From an uncultured Bacilli bacterium (GTDB taxonomy: Bacteria; Bacillota_I; Bacilli_A; RF39; UBA660): a stretch of DNA of 64,000 nucleotides. Position numbers and translations under genes: made by a program. How positions within the stretch are numbered: position 1 is the stretch's first letter; every line of letters begins with the position of its first letter. Below the pieces are notes generated by a model, which saw only the letters and a list, made by a program, of their open reading frames with translations, was not told the origin of the DNA and made no database searches. Shown here one piece after another: positions 42,455 to 52,266 of this stretch. The stretch lies in assembly GCA_910586295.1 (NCBI GenBank), contig CAJUGE010000011.1, positions 22,798 to 86,797 on the forward strand. The letters are read 5' to 3'.

Positions 42455-44485
42455 CTATCTAAATTTTCTCATAATTCTCAAAGTATTGATGATTGTAAGA
42501 AGCGTTACTCCAGTATCTGCAAAAACAGCAAGCCACATATTTGCAAGACCAAATACAGAGAAAGCAAGAATGATAATTTTAACTCCAATTGCAAATATTA
42601 AATTTTGTTTAATAATTTTCTTAGTATATTTAGAAATATTAAATGCAAGTGGTATTTTAGAAACATCATCATTCATTAATACAATATCACTAGCCTCAAT
42701 CGCAGCATCACTTCCAACACCTCCCATAGAGATGCCTATATCAGCACGCTTCAAAACAGGTGCATCATTAATACCATCCCCAACAAAAATACTTATTATA
42801 TCCTTACTTGAAATATCTTCATAGTTTTTATATTTATCTGTAGGAAGCATCTCATATTTAATAACGTCTATTCCTAACTTTTTACCAATATTAAGAGCTA
42901 CTTCTCTTTTATCTCCAGTAAACATATAAGTATTAATATTAAATTTATTTAAACTATCTATAGTCTCCTTAGCATTGTCTTTAATACCATCGTCTATAGA
43001 AATAGAAGCAATATGTTTTCCATCAATATTCAAATGTAACACAGTATCTTCATTACAATTACATAATGATTTATTTCCAATAGATATATTTTTACCATAT
43101 AAATTAAATGTAATACCTTTTCCTTCAATCTCTCTATAATTTTTAACATCTCTATTGTTAGGTACATTACTCTTTAATTTCATAATAGATTTAGCAATAG
43201 GATGATTAGAAAGTGACTCGCCTTTCATAAGAATATCTATAACTTCCTCTTTAGAATAATTATTTTCCATTACTTTAATATCAGTAACAGTAAAACTACC
43301 ATTCGTAAGTGTGCCAGTCTTATCAAAAATAATATTTTTAGCATTACTTAAATTATCCAAGAAATTACTTCCTTTAATTAAAATTCCTTTCTTACTAGCA
43401 ACACCAATACCTGTAAAATAAGATAAAGGTACGGATATAGCAATCGCACAAGGACAAGCAATAACTAAGAAAGTTAAAGCACGGTACACTGCATCACTTC
43501 TACCAACTTGAGTTAATATAGGCATAAAAATAATAATCATAATAGCAAGTATCACCACACAGGGAGTATACACTTTACTTATTTTAGAAATAGTAGTCTC
43601 AGTTTTAGTTTTCTTATCTGTAGCTTCTTCTAACATTTCAAGAATTTTATTAACTGTAGAATTCTCAAAAATTTCTAAAGCCTTAATTTGTATAACATCT
43701 CCCATATTTATGCTTCCAGATAATACTTTATCATTTTCTTTAACTAAAGCAAGTTCACTTTCCCCAGTCAAAAGAGAAGTATCAAGACTAGTATTTCCAT
43801 TAATTATAACCGCATCAACAGGAACTTTCTCTCCCTTTTTAACAACTAATATATCCCCTACTTCAATATCTTCAACTAACACACTCTGCTCTATATTATC
43901 GGTTAATTTATTAGCATAAGGTTCTTTAATATCAATTAAATCCTTAATAGACTTTCTAGAATTATTAACTGCCTTTTCTTCTAATATCTTTCCAATAGTA
44001 TATAAAGTTATAACCATCATACCTTCAAGCACTTCGCCAATAACCAAAGCTCCCACACAAGAAATAGTTATAAGTAAATTTTCATTAATTGTCCTACTCT
44101 TAAACAGTAACTTAATAGCATTCCAAGTAGTTCTATATAAAAGTAAACTATATGAAACTATATAAAATCCAATCTTCAAATATACAGGCATATCTACAAA
44201 ATAACCAATAAAACCAATTAGTAATGCTATTATCAAAATAGATAAAGAAAACTCTTTCTTCTTATTTACTTCTTCTTTAGAAATATATGTTTCGGGTTCT
44301 ATTCTTTTAATAATATTATTTATTTCTTTTATACTAACCTCCTTCATACTCTCATAAGAAAGTTTAGAAGTATTAAAATTAACACAAACGTTACTTAAAT
44401 CATTATGTTTATTTAAAGTTTCTTCAATTTTCCTAGCACAATTCGCACAATCTAAATTATTGATATTATATTTATATTTCTTCAT
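42455..44485 (-). CDS. cadA: Heavy-metal (Cd/Zn/Co-type) translocating P1B-type ATPase
   Basis: N-terminal HMA domain with CANCARKIE; CPC transduction motif (VIACPCAIAI); DKTGTLT phosphorylation site; GDGINDAP. Confidence 0.9.
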   Translation of the reverse strand: MKKYKYNINNLDCANCARKIEETLNKHNDLSNVCVNFNTSKLSYESMKEVSIKEINNIIKRIEPETYISKEEVNKKKEFSLSILIIALLIGFIGYFVDMPVYLKIGFYIVSYSLLLYRTTWNAIKLLFKSRTINENLLITISCVGALVIGEVLEGMMVITLYTIGKILEEKAVNNSRKSIKDLIDIKEPYANKLTDNIEQSVLVEDIEVGDILVVKKGEKVPVDAVIINGNTSLDTSLLTGESELALVKENDKVLSGSINMGDVIQIKALEIFENSTVNKILEMLEEATDKKTKTETTISKISKVYTPCVVILAIMIIIFMPILTQVGRSDAVYRALTFLVIACPCAIAISVPLSYFTGIGVASKKGILIKGSNFLDNLSNAKNIIFDKTGTLTNGSFTVTDIKVMENNYSKEEVIDILMKGESLSNHPIAKSIMKLKSNVPNNRDVKNYREIEGKGITFNLYGKNISIGNKSLCNCNEDTVLHLNIDGKHIASISIDDGIKDNAKETIDSLNKFNINTYMFTGDKREVALNIGKKLGIDVIKYEMLPTDKYKNYEDISSKDIISIFVGDGINDAPVLKRADIGISMGGVGSDAAIEASDIVLMNDDVSKIPLAFNISKYTKKIIKQNLIFAIGVKIIILAFSVFGLANMWLAVFADTGVTLLTIINTLRIMRKFR

Positions 44486-44858
44486 TCTCTTCTCCTCTCT
44501 CCATAACATGTCTAGTAGCGACTTCAAAAACCTCTTTAACATGTTCATCATCCAAAGAATAATAAACTTCTTTACCTTCTCTTCTACACTTAACTATTTT
44601 ATTAAGCCTTAAAGTACTAAGTTGATGAGATATAGAAGATTTAGTCATACCCAAAACATTCGCAATGTCACAAACACACATCTCACTATTATCTAATGCA
44701 AATAAAATTCTAATTCTAGTAGTATCTCCTAATATTCTAAAAAAATCACTTACCTCATCACTAATAACATCATCTGGCATATTTTCTTTAGCATTTAATA
44801 CTTTATCTTCGTGAATAATATTACAATCACAAAATTTATATATATCCTTAGTTCCCAT
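44472..44858 (-). CDS. cadC: ArsR/SmtB-family metal-responsive repressor (CadC-like)
   Basis: ELCVCD-type metal-binding helix (EMCVCDIA); N-terminal Cys pair FCDC; AAGGAG RBS; 14-nt overlap with cadA. Confidence 0.85.
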   Translation of the reverse strand: MGTKDIYKFCDCNIIHEDKVLNAKENMPDDVISDEVSDFFRILGDTTRIRILFALDNSEMCVCDIANVLGMTKSSISHQLSTLRLNKIVKCRREGKEVYYSLDDEHVKEVFEVATRHVMERGEENEEI

Positions 44859-44876
44859 AAAAACTCCTTCCATAAG

Positions 44877-44930
44877 TTGAATAATTGCTCAACTATTTAT
44901 ATTATAGTTGAATATATGTTCAATTGTCAA
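44877..44930 (-). promoter_or_regulatory. cadC promoter (TTGACA-18-TATAAT on the minus strand) with two ArsR-type imperfect palindromic operator candidates
   Basis: The RC shows consensus -35/-10 hexamers; palindromes TTGAATAATTGCTCAA (44877-44892) and TTGAATATATGTTCAA (44908-44923); the latter lies between -35 and -10. Confidence 0.55.
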
Positions 44931-45031
44931 TAGTATTCGCCCAAAATTTTTAAGTAAATAAAATGTTAAATTTTTTATATATTAATCTCTTTCTCTATAT
45001 ATAATAGTATAATAGAGATAAGGTGATAAAT

Positions 45032-46177
45032 ATGAAAACAATTAAAGACTTAAACGTAGAAAATAAAAAAGTAATACTTAGGGTTGACTACAATGTTCCT
45101 ATTCAAGACGGAAAAGTCATAGATAATAATAGAATAAAACAAAGTTTAGAAACTATTAATTATTTAAAAGAGCATAATGCTAAGATAATATTGATGTCCC
45201 ACTTAGGAAAAATTAAGTCAGAAGAAGATAAAGAAAAGAACACTCTACTCCCTGTAAAAGAAGAATTAGAAAGTCTTTTAAATGAAAAAATAAAGTTTTC
45301 TCATGAATTAAAAGGCAAAGAATTAGAAGATTTAGTTAATGGTTTAAACCCCAAAGAAATCTTATTATTAGAAAATACTAGATACATGGACTATCCAAAT
45401 AAATTAGAAAGTAATTGTGATAAAGAATTATCATCATACTGGGCTTCTTTAGGAGATGTATTTGTTTTAGATGCCTTTGGAAGTGCCCATCGTGCTCATG
45501 CATCAACATATGGTATAAGTGAGTATCTATTGCATGCTGTTGGATTTCTTATAGAAAAAGAATTAAAAGAATTAGACATCATTAAAAATGAAACAAAAAC
45601 AATAATATTGGGTGGAGCAAAAGTAAGTGATAAAATAGGAGTAATAAAAAATTTATTACCTACTTCAAACAAAATACTAATTGGTGGTGCTATGTGTGGA
45701 ACTTTCCTAAAAAGCCAAAACATTAATGTAGGAAATACCTTTGTTGAAGAAGAAAAAATAGAAGAAGTGAAAAAGTTGATAGACCAAGATAAAATAATTT
45801 TACCAATTGATGTTGTAACTGAAAACGGTATCAAAGAAATAAATAATATATCTAATGATGAGAGTATATTCGATATAGGTCCAAAAACAATAGAATTATT
45901 TACTTCTCACTTAGAAAATGAAAAATTAGTTTTGATTAATGGTACTATGGGATTATATGAAAATCCAAAATATGAAAACGGAACAAAAGAACTATTTAAT
46001 TATTTATTATCAAAGAAAGTAAAAACAGTAGTATGTGGAGGAGACACAGGAAACGCTAGTAAAAAATATAATTTTACTCCCTACTATCTATCTACAGGTG
46101 GAGGTGCATCTCTAGAATATCTTGAAGGAAAAGAACTACCAACATTAAAAATTATGGAGGATAAAAATGAACAATAA
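45032..46177 (+). CDS. pgk: Phosphoglycerate kinase
   Basis: N-terminus KTIKDLNVENKKVILRVDYNVP; 384 aa. Confidence 0.95.
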   Translation: MKTIKDLNVENKKVILRVDYNVPIQDGKVIDNNRIKQSLETINYLKEHNAKIILMSHLGKIKSEEDKEKNTLLPVKEELESLLNEKIKFSHELKGKELEDLVNGLNPKEILLLENTRYMDYPNKLESNCDKELSSYWASLGDVFVLDAFGSAHRAHASTYGISEYLLHAVGFLIEKELKELDIIKNETKTIILGGAKVSDKIGVIKNLLPTSNKILIGGAMCGTFLKSQNINVGNTFVEEEKIEEVKKLIDQDKIILPIDVVTENGIKEINNISNDESIFDIGPKTIELFTSHLENEKLVLINGTMGLYENPKYENGTKELFNYLLSKKVKTVVCGGDTGNASKKYNFTPYYLSTGGGASLEYLEGKELPTLKIMEDKNEQ

Positions 46178-46796
46178 AATAAAAGAAACAATTAATTATT
46201 ATAAATTATGTACAAAATTAAAAGACACTATTAGAAAAGGTCCAATTATATGGAATGCAAAAAGAGAAAGAATAGAAAGCGTAGCAGAACATATTTATGG
46301 AGTGCAAATGCTAGCAATATCTATCTATTACCAGTTTGAATATAAACTAAATCTAATGAAAATTATTTATATGTTAGCAATTCACGAATTAGAAGAAATA
46401 GAAATTGGAGACTTAGCATTCTTCGAAACCACAAGAGAAGAAAAACTAATTAAAGGTAAAAAAGCAACAGATTATATACTAAAAGATTTTCTTGGAAAAG
46501 ATGAAATATCATCATTGCTTGATGAATACAATGAGAGAAGTACTGAAGAAGCAAAGTTTGCTTATCATTGTGATAAATTAGAATGTGATATTCAAATGAA
46601 GTTGTATGACCAAGAGGGATGCTTTGATTTAAATGATCAACCTAATAATCCTATTATAAATAATCCGAGTGTAAAAAAAGTTTTAGACAGTGAAAAAAAT
46701 ATTTCTAATGCATGGATTGAATTTGATAGAGATAAATATAAAGACGATAAAAATTTCTTAAATATAATTAATTATTTAAAAGAAAATAAAATATAA
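46167..46796 (+). CDS. HD-domain phosphohydrolase (YfbR/HD_3-like 5'-nucleotidase family; HE in place of HD)
   Basis: ESVAEHIYGVQMLA ... LAIHELEEIEIGD pattern of the HD_3 family. Confidence 0.55.
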   Translation: MNNKIKETINYYKLCTKLKDTIRKGPIIWNAKRERIESVAEHIYGVQMLAISIYYQFEYKLNLMKIIYMLAIHELEEIEIGDLAFFETTREEKLIKGKKATDYILKDFLGKDEISSLLDEYNERSTEEAKFAYHCDKLECDIQMKLYDQEGCFDLNDQPNNPIINNPSVKKVLDSEKNISNAWIEFDRDKYKDDKNFLNIINYLKENKI

Positions 46797-46809
46797 AAAT
46801 GGAGAATTT

Positions 46810-47505
46810 ATGAAAACAATAATACTTAATCATAAAAGTTATCTTTCATATGAAGAACTACAAAATTATAAAAACGTATTAGAAACTCAAGCTATAGAAA
46901 ATATAAATTTAGTTTTGATGCCTACTCTAGCCTATTTATCAGAATTTAAGAGTTCTAAAATACAGATAGGTGCACAAAATTTTTATAGCTACAATTTTGG
47001 CTCATATACTGGAGAAATATCGCTAGAAACTTTAAAAAGTTTAAACGTAAGTTACACCTTAGTGGGACATCCAGAAAGATTAATGTTAAAACTTGATTCT
47101 TATCAAGAAGTAAAAGACAAATTTTTTAGAAGTATAAATCTAGGTTTTAAAACTATTCTTTGCCTAGGACATGATGAAAATGAAAAAATATTAAAAAAAG
47201 AATTAAAGTTTTTCTTTAATGGTATAGAAGAAAGTGTATTAAAAAACTTAATAATTGCATTCGAGCCAGCATCCAAAATAGAAGGAGAAACAATAAACTT
47301 AAAACAAATAAAATATGTAAATAACTTTATAAAAGAATATATGACAAAGCATTTTGAAATAAACGTCCCTTTTATATATGGAGGTTCAGTCAATAAAAAT
47401 AATATTAAAGAAATATTAGAAATAACAGATGGAGTCATACTAGGAAGAAATAGTACAAACATTAACGAAATGATAGAAATAATTAATTTAATAAAAGGAG
47501 TCTAA
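46810..47505 (+). CDS. tpiA: Triosephosphate isomerase (divergent)
   Basis: GAQN, VGHPER (His), AFEP (Glu), YGGSV blocks present, but the NWKMN and AIGTG motifs are strongly diverged. Confidence 0.7.
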   Translation: MKTIILNHKSYLSYEELQNYKNVLETQAIENINLVLMPTLAYLSEFKSSKIQIGAQNFYSYNFGSYTGEISLETLKSLNVSYTLVGHPERLMLKLDSYQEVKDKFFRSINLGFKTILCLGHDENEKILKKELKFFFNGIEESVLKNLIIAFEPASKIEGETINLKQIKYVNNFIKEYMTKHFEINVPFIYGGSVNKNNIKEILEITDGVILGRNSTNINEMIEIINLIKGV

Positions 47506-48498
47506 ATGGAAGATACAAGTTTTATAGATTTAACAAAAGAAGAAAATTTAAAAAGAATGAATATTAATTCTGAATTAATTATTCCATTTAAAAATGTTAT
47601 GTACAATCTTCAAGAAATTTTCAACCGTGATGGATATACAACAAAAATAAATTATAAAGAGTTTTTTGAACATGCAGCTTTAGGAGAAGAAGAATATGAT
47701 AAAAACAAAATACTTAATTCAAAAAAGTTCAAAGAATATATTGAAAAAGTAAATCGTTTAAGAAGTTATGGCAATCTAGGAAATATTGACATAGAAGAAG
47801 GATACCTAATGTTTTTAAGCAAACAAGGTATATTAACCATATCTATTCTTCCAGTATCAAAATCAAAAGAAATTAATTATAAAGTTTGGCAAAACAAAAT
47901 ATCAATAGATGAGACTTATTTAAATAGTCCGGATTTAGAATCGCTCCTAGCCCATGAATTTATTCATTTTATAACTGAGTTTGTATATGGAGATTTAGTA
48001 CCAGTTTCAACACCTTACATGCAATTTCATATCGAATGTCTTACCGAACTATTAACACACGAAGCATATCCAAATGCTAATGGCTACAATATTTTAGGCA
48101 GATTAATACAATTTAGCAGGGACGTATTGCAGATAAAAGATTTTACATTTTTTTTAAAAAGAGAAATGAATCCAAAATATACAGAAGAATGGAACATATT
48201 TTTTAAAAAATCAAATGACTTCTTTTTAAAAAACAATAATAAATATACTGGATATTCAACTATTTGTGATGTGGACAAAGAAGATATTCCAGGTATTATA
48301 GATATTCAAAGAACACTTATTATCATATTGATAAATGGAATAGACTATAGTCGCATAGAAAACATACAATATATTAAAGAAAAAATCAAAGAAGTTCCAT
48401 ATTTATTTTTAGATAGAGAATATATAACAGAATATATAAGTTTTCTAGATAGTAGAATAGAAGAATTAAACTCAACTTTAGAAACTAGAAAATTATAA
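47506..48498 (+). CDS. Hypothetical protein with HExxH motif (putative zinc metallopeptidase-like)
   Basis: LLAHEFIHFITEF contains HEFIH; AAAGGAG RBS overlapping the tpiA stop. Confidence 0.5.
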   Translation: MEDTSFIDLTKEENLKRMNINSELIIPFKNVMYNLQEIFNRDGYTTKINYKEFFEHAALGEEEYDKNKILNSKKFKEYIEKVNRLRSYGNLGNIDIEEGYLMFLSKQGILTISILPVSKSKEINYKVWQNKISIDETYLNSPDLESLLAHEFIHFITEFVYGDLVPVSTPYMQFHIECLTELLTHEAYPNANGYNILGRLIQFSRDVLQIKDFTFFLKREMNPKYTEEWNIFFKKSNDFFLKNNNKYTGYSTICDVDKEDIPGIIDIQRTLIIILINGIDYSRIENIQYIKEKIKEVPYLFLDREYITEYISFLDSRIEELNSTLETRKL

Positions 48499-48583
48499 TG
48501 TATGGTGTTTATCTTAAAAATAGTTTCACTTATACTTCTTTTTAAGGCAAAATAATATCATTGACTACGCCTTTATTTGGGAA

Positions 48584-49511
48584 ATGAATAGAATTGTGAA
48601 TAATTTAAAAGAAAAATTAAGAGTAGAAAATTTAATATATGATATAAGAGGAAAACAGGTTATGCTAGATAGTGACCTAGTGGTTTTATATGTATGTAAA
48701 AATGGAACCAAAGAAATAAATCAAGCTGTAAAAAATAATATAAAGAAGTCCCCAAAAGATTTAGTTGGAAATTAACAGATGAAGAATGTAAAAGTTTTTT
48801 AGTCAAAAAATTTGACAAAAAAATAGAAACTAGAGGAGGTAAATACAAAAATCCTAGAGTTTTTACAGAACAGGGAATAGCAATGTTAACAACAATTATA
48901 AAAACAAAAATAGCAACCGAAGTTAGCATAAAAATTATGGACGCTTTTGTACAAATGAGACCTTTATAAAAAGTAATATCTTATTAAAACATACTATAAA
49001 TATATCCAATAAAATAGAAAAGATAGATAAAAAGTTATTAGAACATGACAAAAAATTTGAAATATTGTTTTCTAGTTTTAAGAAGAAAGAACAAAAAAAT
49101 TAGTATACTTAAATGAACAAGTTTTTGACGCCTACATCGGAATAATAAATATTTTGAAAGAAGCGGAAAAAGAGATAGTCATAATAGATGGATATGCAGA
49201 CTTTAATGAATCGGAAATAATTTCTAAACTACAAGTAAACGTAACACTAATTATTAAAACTAAATCAAAACTATTTAAAGAAGAAATAAAAAAATATAAT
49301 CACAATATAATCATTTAACTGTATTAAAAAATGACAACTTCCATGATAGATACTTTCTAATAGATAATAAAAATCTTTATCATTGTGGTACCAGTTTAAA
49401 CCATGCAGGAAATAAACCATTAATCTCAACAAACTCGAAGAAAAAGAAATTATAAATATTCTAAGAGAAAAAATAAATAAAACCATAAAAAATTCCACAA
49501 AAATTTATTAA
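48584..49511 (+). pseudogene. ORF6N-domain (phage antirepressor/KilA-N-like) gene broken by five -1 frameshifts, each in a homopolymer
   Basis: IRGKQVMLDSDLVVLY, FTEQGIAMLTT, IMDAFVQMRP, KLLEHDKKFE, QVFDAYIGI and DRYFLIDNKNLYHCGTSL match the ORF6N family but lie in different frames; each junction is restored by adding one base to a T3, T3, A7, T3 or A5 run. Confidence 0.6.
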
Positions 49512-49522
49512 TAAAAGTCACT

Positions 49523-49549
49523 ATCGACATTTAACGACAAAAATCGACA
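49523..49549 (-). promoter_or_regulatory. Two 0A-box-like heptamers (TGTCGAT on the minus strand, 20 bp apart) upstream of spo0A
   Basis: Plus-strand ATCGACA at 49523-49529 and 49543-49549; RC TGTCGAT matches 6/7 of the Spo0A box TGTCGAA. Confidence 0.35.
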
Positions 49550-49560
49550 ATTTGAGACAA

Positions 49561-49590
49561 AACTAGAGCATAAAAACTCTAGTTTATTTT
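49561..49590 (+). terminator. Hairpin terminator (aactagag/ctctagtt) + T-run upstream of spo0A
   Basis: 8-bp perfect inverted repeat followed by TTTATTTT. Confidence 0.5.
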
Positions 49591-49636
49591 ATAATACATG
49601 TAATATAATAAAAAAGTAAAAATAAGGAGAAAAAAG

Positions 49637-50401
49637 ATGAAAAAAAGAATTATGGTAGTAGACGATAACAAAGCAATGGTAGAAATGCTTAAAGAATTTT
49701 TTAGCAGTAATTCAAATATTGAAGTAGTTGACACAGCATATGATGGAGAAGAAGCCTGGGAAAAAATTAAAGAAAATTCCAAAAATATTGATGCAGTATT
49801 GCTTGACTTAATCATGCCCAAAAAAGATGGTCTGTATGTTCTAGATAATATCAAAGAATCAAAAATAGACATAAATGTTATAGTTGTAACTAGTTATAAT
49901 GAGCAAGAAACCATAAGAAACATAAGTGAATATGGAGTAAAATACTTTGTATTAAAACCTTTCGACTTAAAAGAATTAGAAAAAAGAATAATGAGTATAA
50001 CATCAAGTAAAAATAAAACTAACAAAATACTAGATTTATCAAACAGTAACATTCAAATTTCAGTGACAAAAATACTTCATGAATTAGGAATCCCATCACA
50101 CATAAAAGGATACACTTACATAAGAGATGCTATAAGTATGGTATATGATAACCCTTCCTTAATCGGAGGAATAACAAAAGAATTATATCCAAGCATTGGA
50201 GAAAAATATGAAACAAGTGTAACAAGAGTTGAACGTGCGATTAGACATGCTATAGAAGTAAGTTGGAACCGCGGAGACTGGAATCTAATGGAAGAAATAT
50301 TCGGGCATTCTGTAGACATAGATAAAGCAAAACCAACAAACTCAGAATTTATAGTTACAATAGCCGACAAATTAAGACTTGAAATGCTTAAAGTTCGCTA
50401 A
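49637..50401 (+). CDS. spo0A: Stage 0 sporulation protein A (response regulator)
   Basis: Receiver domain (DD...D...K); C-terminal Spo0A-specific domain ITKELYPSIGEKYETSVTRVERAIRHAIEVSWNRG ... KAKPTNSEFIVTIADKLRLE. Confidence 0.9.
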   Translation: MKKRIMVVDDNKAMVEMLKEFFSSNSNIEVVDTAYDGEEAWEKIKENSKNIDAVLLDLIMPKKDGLYVLDNIKESKIDINVIVVTSYNEQETIRNISEYGVKYFVLKPFDLKELEKRIMSITSSKNKTNKILDLSNSNIQISVTKILHELGIPSHIKGYTYIRDAISMVYDNPSLIGGITKELYPSIGEKYETSVTRVERAIRHAIEVSWNRGDWNLMEEIFGHSVDIDKAKPTNSEFIVTIADKLRLEMLKVR

Positions 50402-50452
50402 TACTTTTAATTATAACAATAATGTGCTAAAATAATACTAGGTGAAGCAAAT

Positions 50453-51964
50453 ATGAAAAAAGTGATATTACTAGTTTTAGATGGTTTTGGTTTAAACAGC
50501 AGTGATTATGGAAATGCAGTCAAACTTGCAAAAACTCCAGTTTTAGACAAACTTACAACAGTATTTCCATGCTCAGAACTAGAAGCAAGTGGCACTGAAG
50601 TGGGCTTGCCAAAAGGTCAAATGGGAAACAGTGAAGTTGGTCACATGACTATAGGAAGTGGTCGTATAACTAACCAACCACTAACTCACATAAACGAACA
50701 AATAAAAACCAAAGCATTTTTTAGTAACCAAACTCTACTAGATTTAATGAACTATGTCAACGAAAAAGGTAGCACACTTCATTTAATTGGACTACTTTCA
50801 AACGGAAGCGTTCATTCGAGTGCTAATCACTTTTATGCTGCCCTTGCAATGGCAAAACTATGCAAAGTAAAAAGAGTTGCATTCCATTTTATAACTGATG
50901 GTAGAGATACAAGTCCAACAAGTGGAGTCACATTTGTAAAAGATTTCATGGAACGTGCAAGAAAATTAAACCTAGGAGAACTTGCAACAATAAGTGGAAG
51001 ATACTATGCTATGGACAGAGACAATAGATGGGAAAGAATAAAAAAAGCATATGATGCTATTGTGTATGGAATGGGAAACGAATTTAGAGAATATGAACAA
51101 TGCTTCAAAGAACATTATAAACGAGAAATCACAGATGAATTTATAAATCCTAGTGTAATCACAAAAGGTAAAGAAATAAAAGATGGAGACGCAGTGTTAT
51201 TTATTAACTTTAGACCAGAAAGAATGAAAGAATTAATAGATGCGCTTACTACTGAAAACTTTAAAATGTTCCAAACAAAACATTTTGAAAATCTTCGCCT
51301 TGCTTCAATCTTTAATATACACGAGAACGTTGAATATGCTTTTGACACAGAAAAACCTACTAATACATTTGGAGAATACATAGATGGACTTGATTTCACT
51401 CAAGCAAGAATAGCAGAAACAGAAAAATATGCTCATGTAACATACTTCTTTGATGGAATGAAAGACTTAAACAGTACAAAGATTAATAAAATATTAATAC
51501 CTAGTCCTCAAGTTCCCACATATGATATGAAGCCAGAAATGAGTGTAGGAGAAGTAACAGAAGCAGTATTAAAAACATTAGACAATGACTATGACTTTAT
51601 ATTGGTTAACTTTGCAAATCCAGACATGGTAGGACACACAGGAAACTTGCAAGCAACAATTGACGCTATTGAAATATGTGATTTCTGTTTAGGAAAAATC
51701 TTTGAAAAAGCTAGAGAACACTTCTATGAACTAATAATAACTGCTGACCATGGAAATGCAGAAAAAATGTTAACAAAAGATGGAGAACCAGTAACAAGCC
51801 ACACAACAAGTAAAGTTCCGTTTATACTTTGCAATGAAGAATATAACTTAAAAAGCGAAGGCTCTCTAAGAGATATAATACCAACTATAATAGATATATA
51901 TGAAATTAAAAAACCTGACAAAATGACAGGAGAAAGTTTATTAATTAAACCAGAGCAACTATAA
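50453..51964 (+). CDS. gpmI: 2,3-bisphosphoglycerate-independent phosphoglycerate mutase
   Basis: VLLVLDGFGL N-terminus; 503 aa; alkaline-phosphatase-like C-terminal motifs TADHGN. Confidence 0.95.
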   Translation: MKKVILLVLDGFGLNSSDYGNAVKLAKTPVLDKLTTVFPCSELEASGTEVGLPKGQMGNSEVGHMTIGSGRITNQPLTHINEQIKTKAFFSNQTLLDLMNYVNEKGSTLHLIGLLSNGSVHSSANHFYAALAMAKLCKVKRVAFHFITDGRDTSPTSGVTFVKDFMERARKLNLGELATISGRYYAMDRDNRWERIKKAYDAIVYGMGNEFREYEQCFKEHYKREITDEFINPSVITKGKEIKDGDAVLFINFRPERMKELIDALTTENFKMFQTKHFENLRLASIFNIHENVEYAFDTEKPTNTFGEYIDGLDFTQARIAETEKYAHVTYFFDGMKDLNSTKINKILIPSPQVPTYDMKPEMSVGEVTEAVLKTLDNDYDFILVNFANPDMVGHTGNLQATIDAIEICDFCLGKIFEKAREHFYELIITADHGNAEKMLTKDGEPVTSHTTSKVPFILCNEEYNLKSEGSLRDIIPTIIDIYEIKKPDKMTGESLLIKPEQL

Positions 51965-52266
51965 TAATTTTAGTTGCTTTTTATACATATTTTTCCAAAA
52001 AGTGCTTTGAAAAAATGCAAAGATATTAAAATAAATAATAACAAGATTATATTTTTAATTATTTATATGAGCATATTTTTAGTAGACGAAAGTGAATTCT
52101 ATTAATAATTTAATTTAAAGTTATGAACACTCAAAATTTTCATAGCTTTTTCTATTGTGTATAAATTAGAAGTTATCAACATTTTTTGTAAACTTAATAA
52201 AGAAAATAATCAAACAAATAGATTTCAAATATAATTAGTGATATGATAAATCAAAAGGAGTACATT

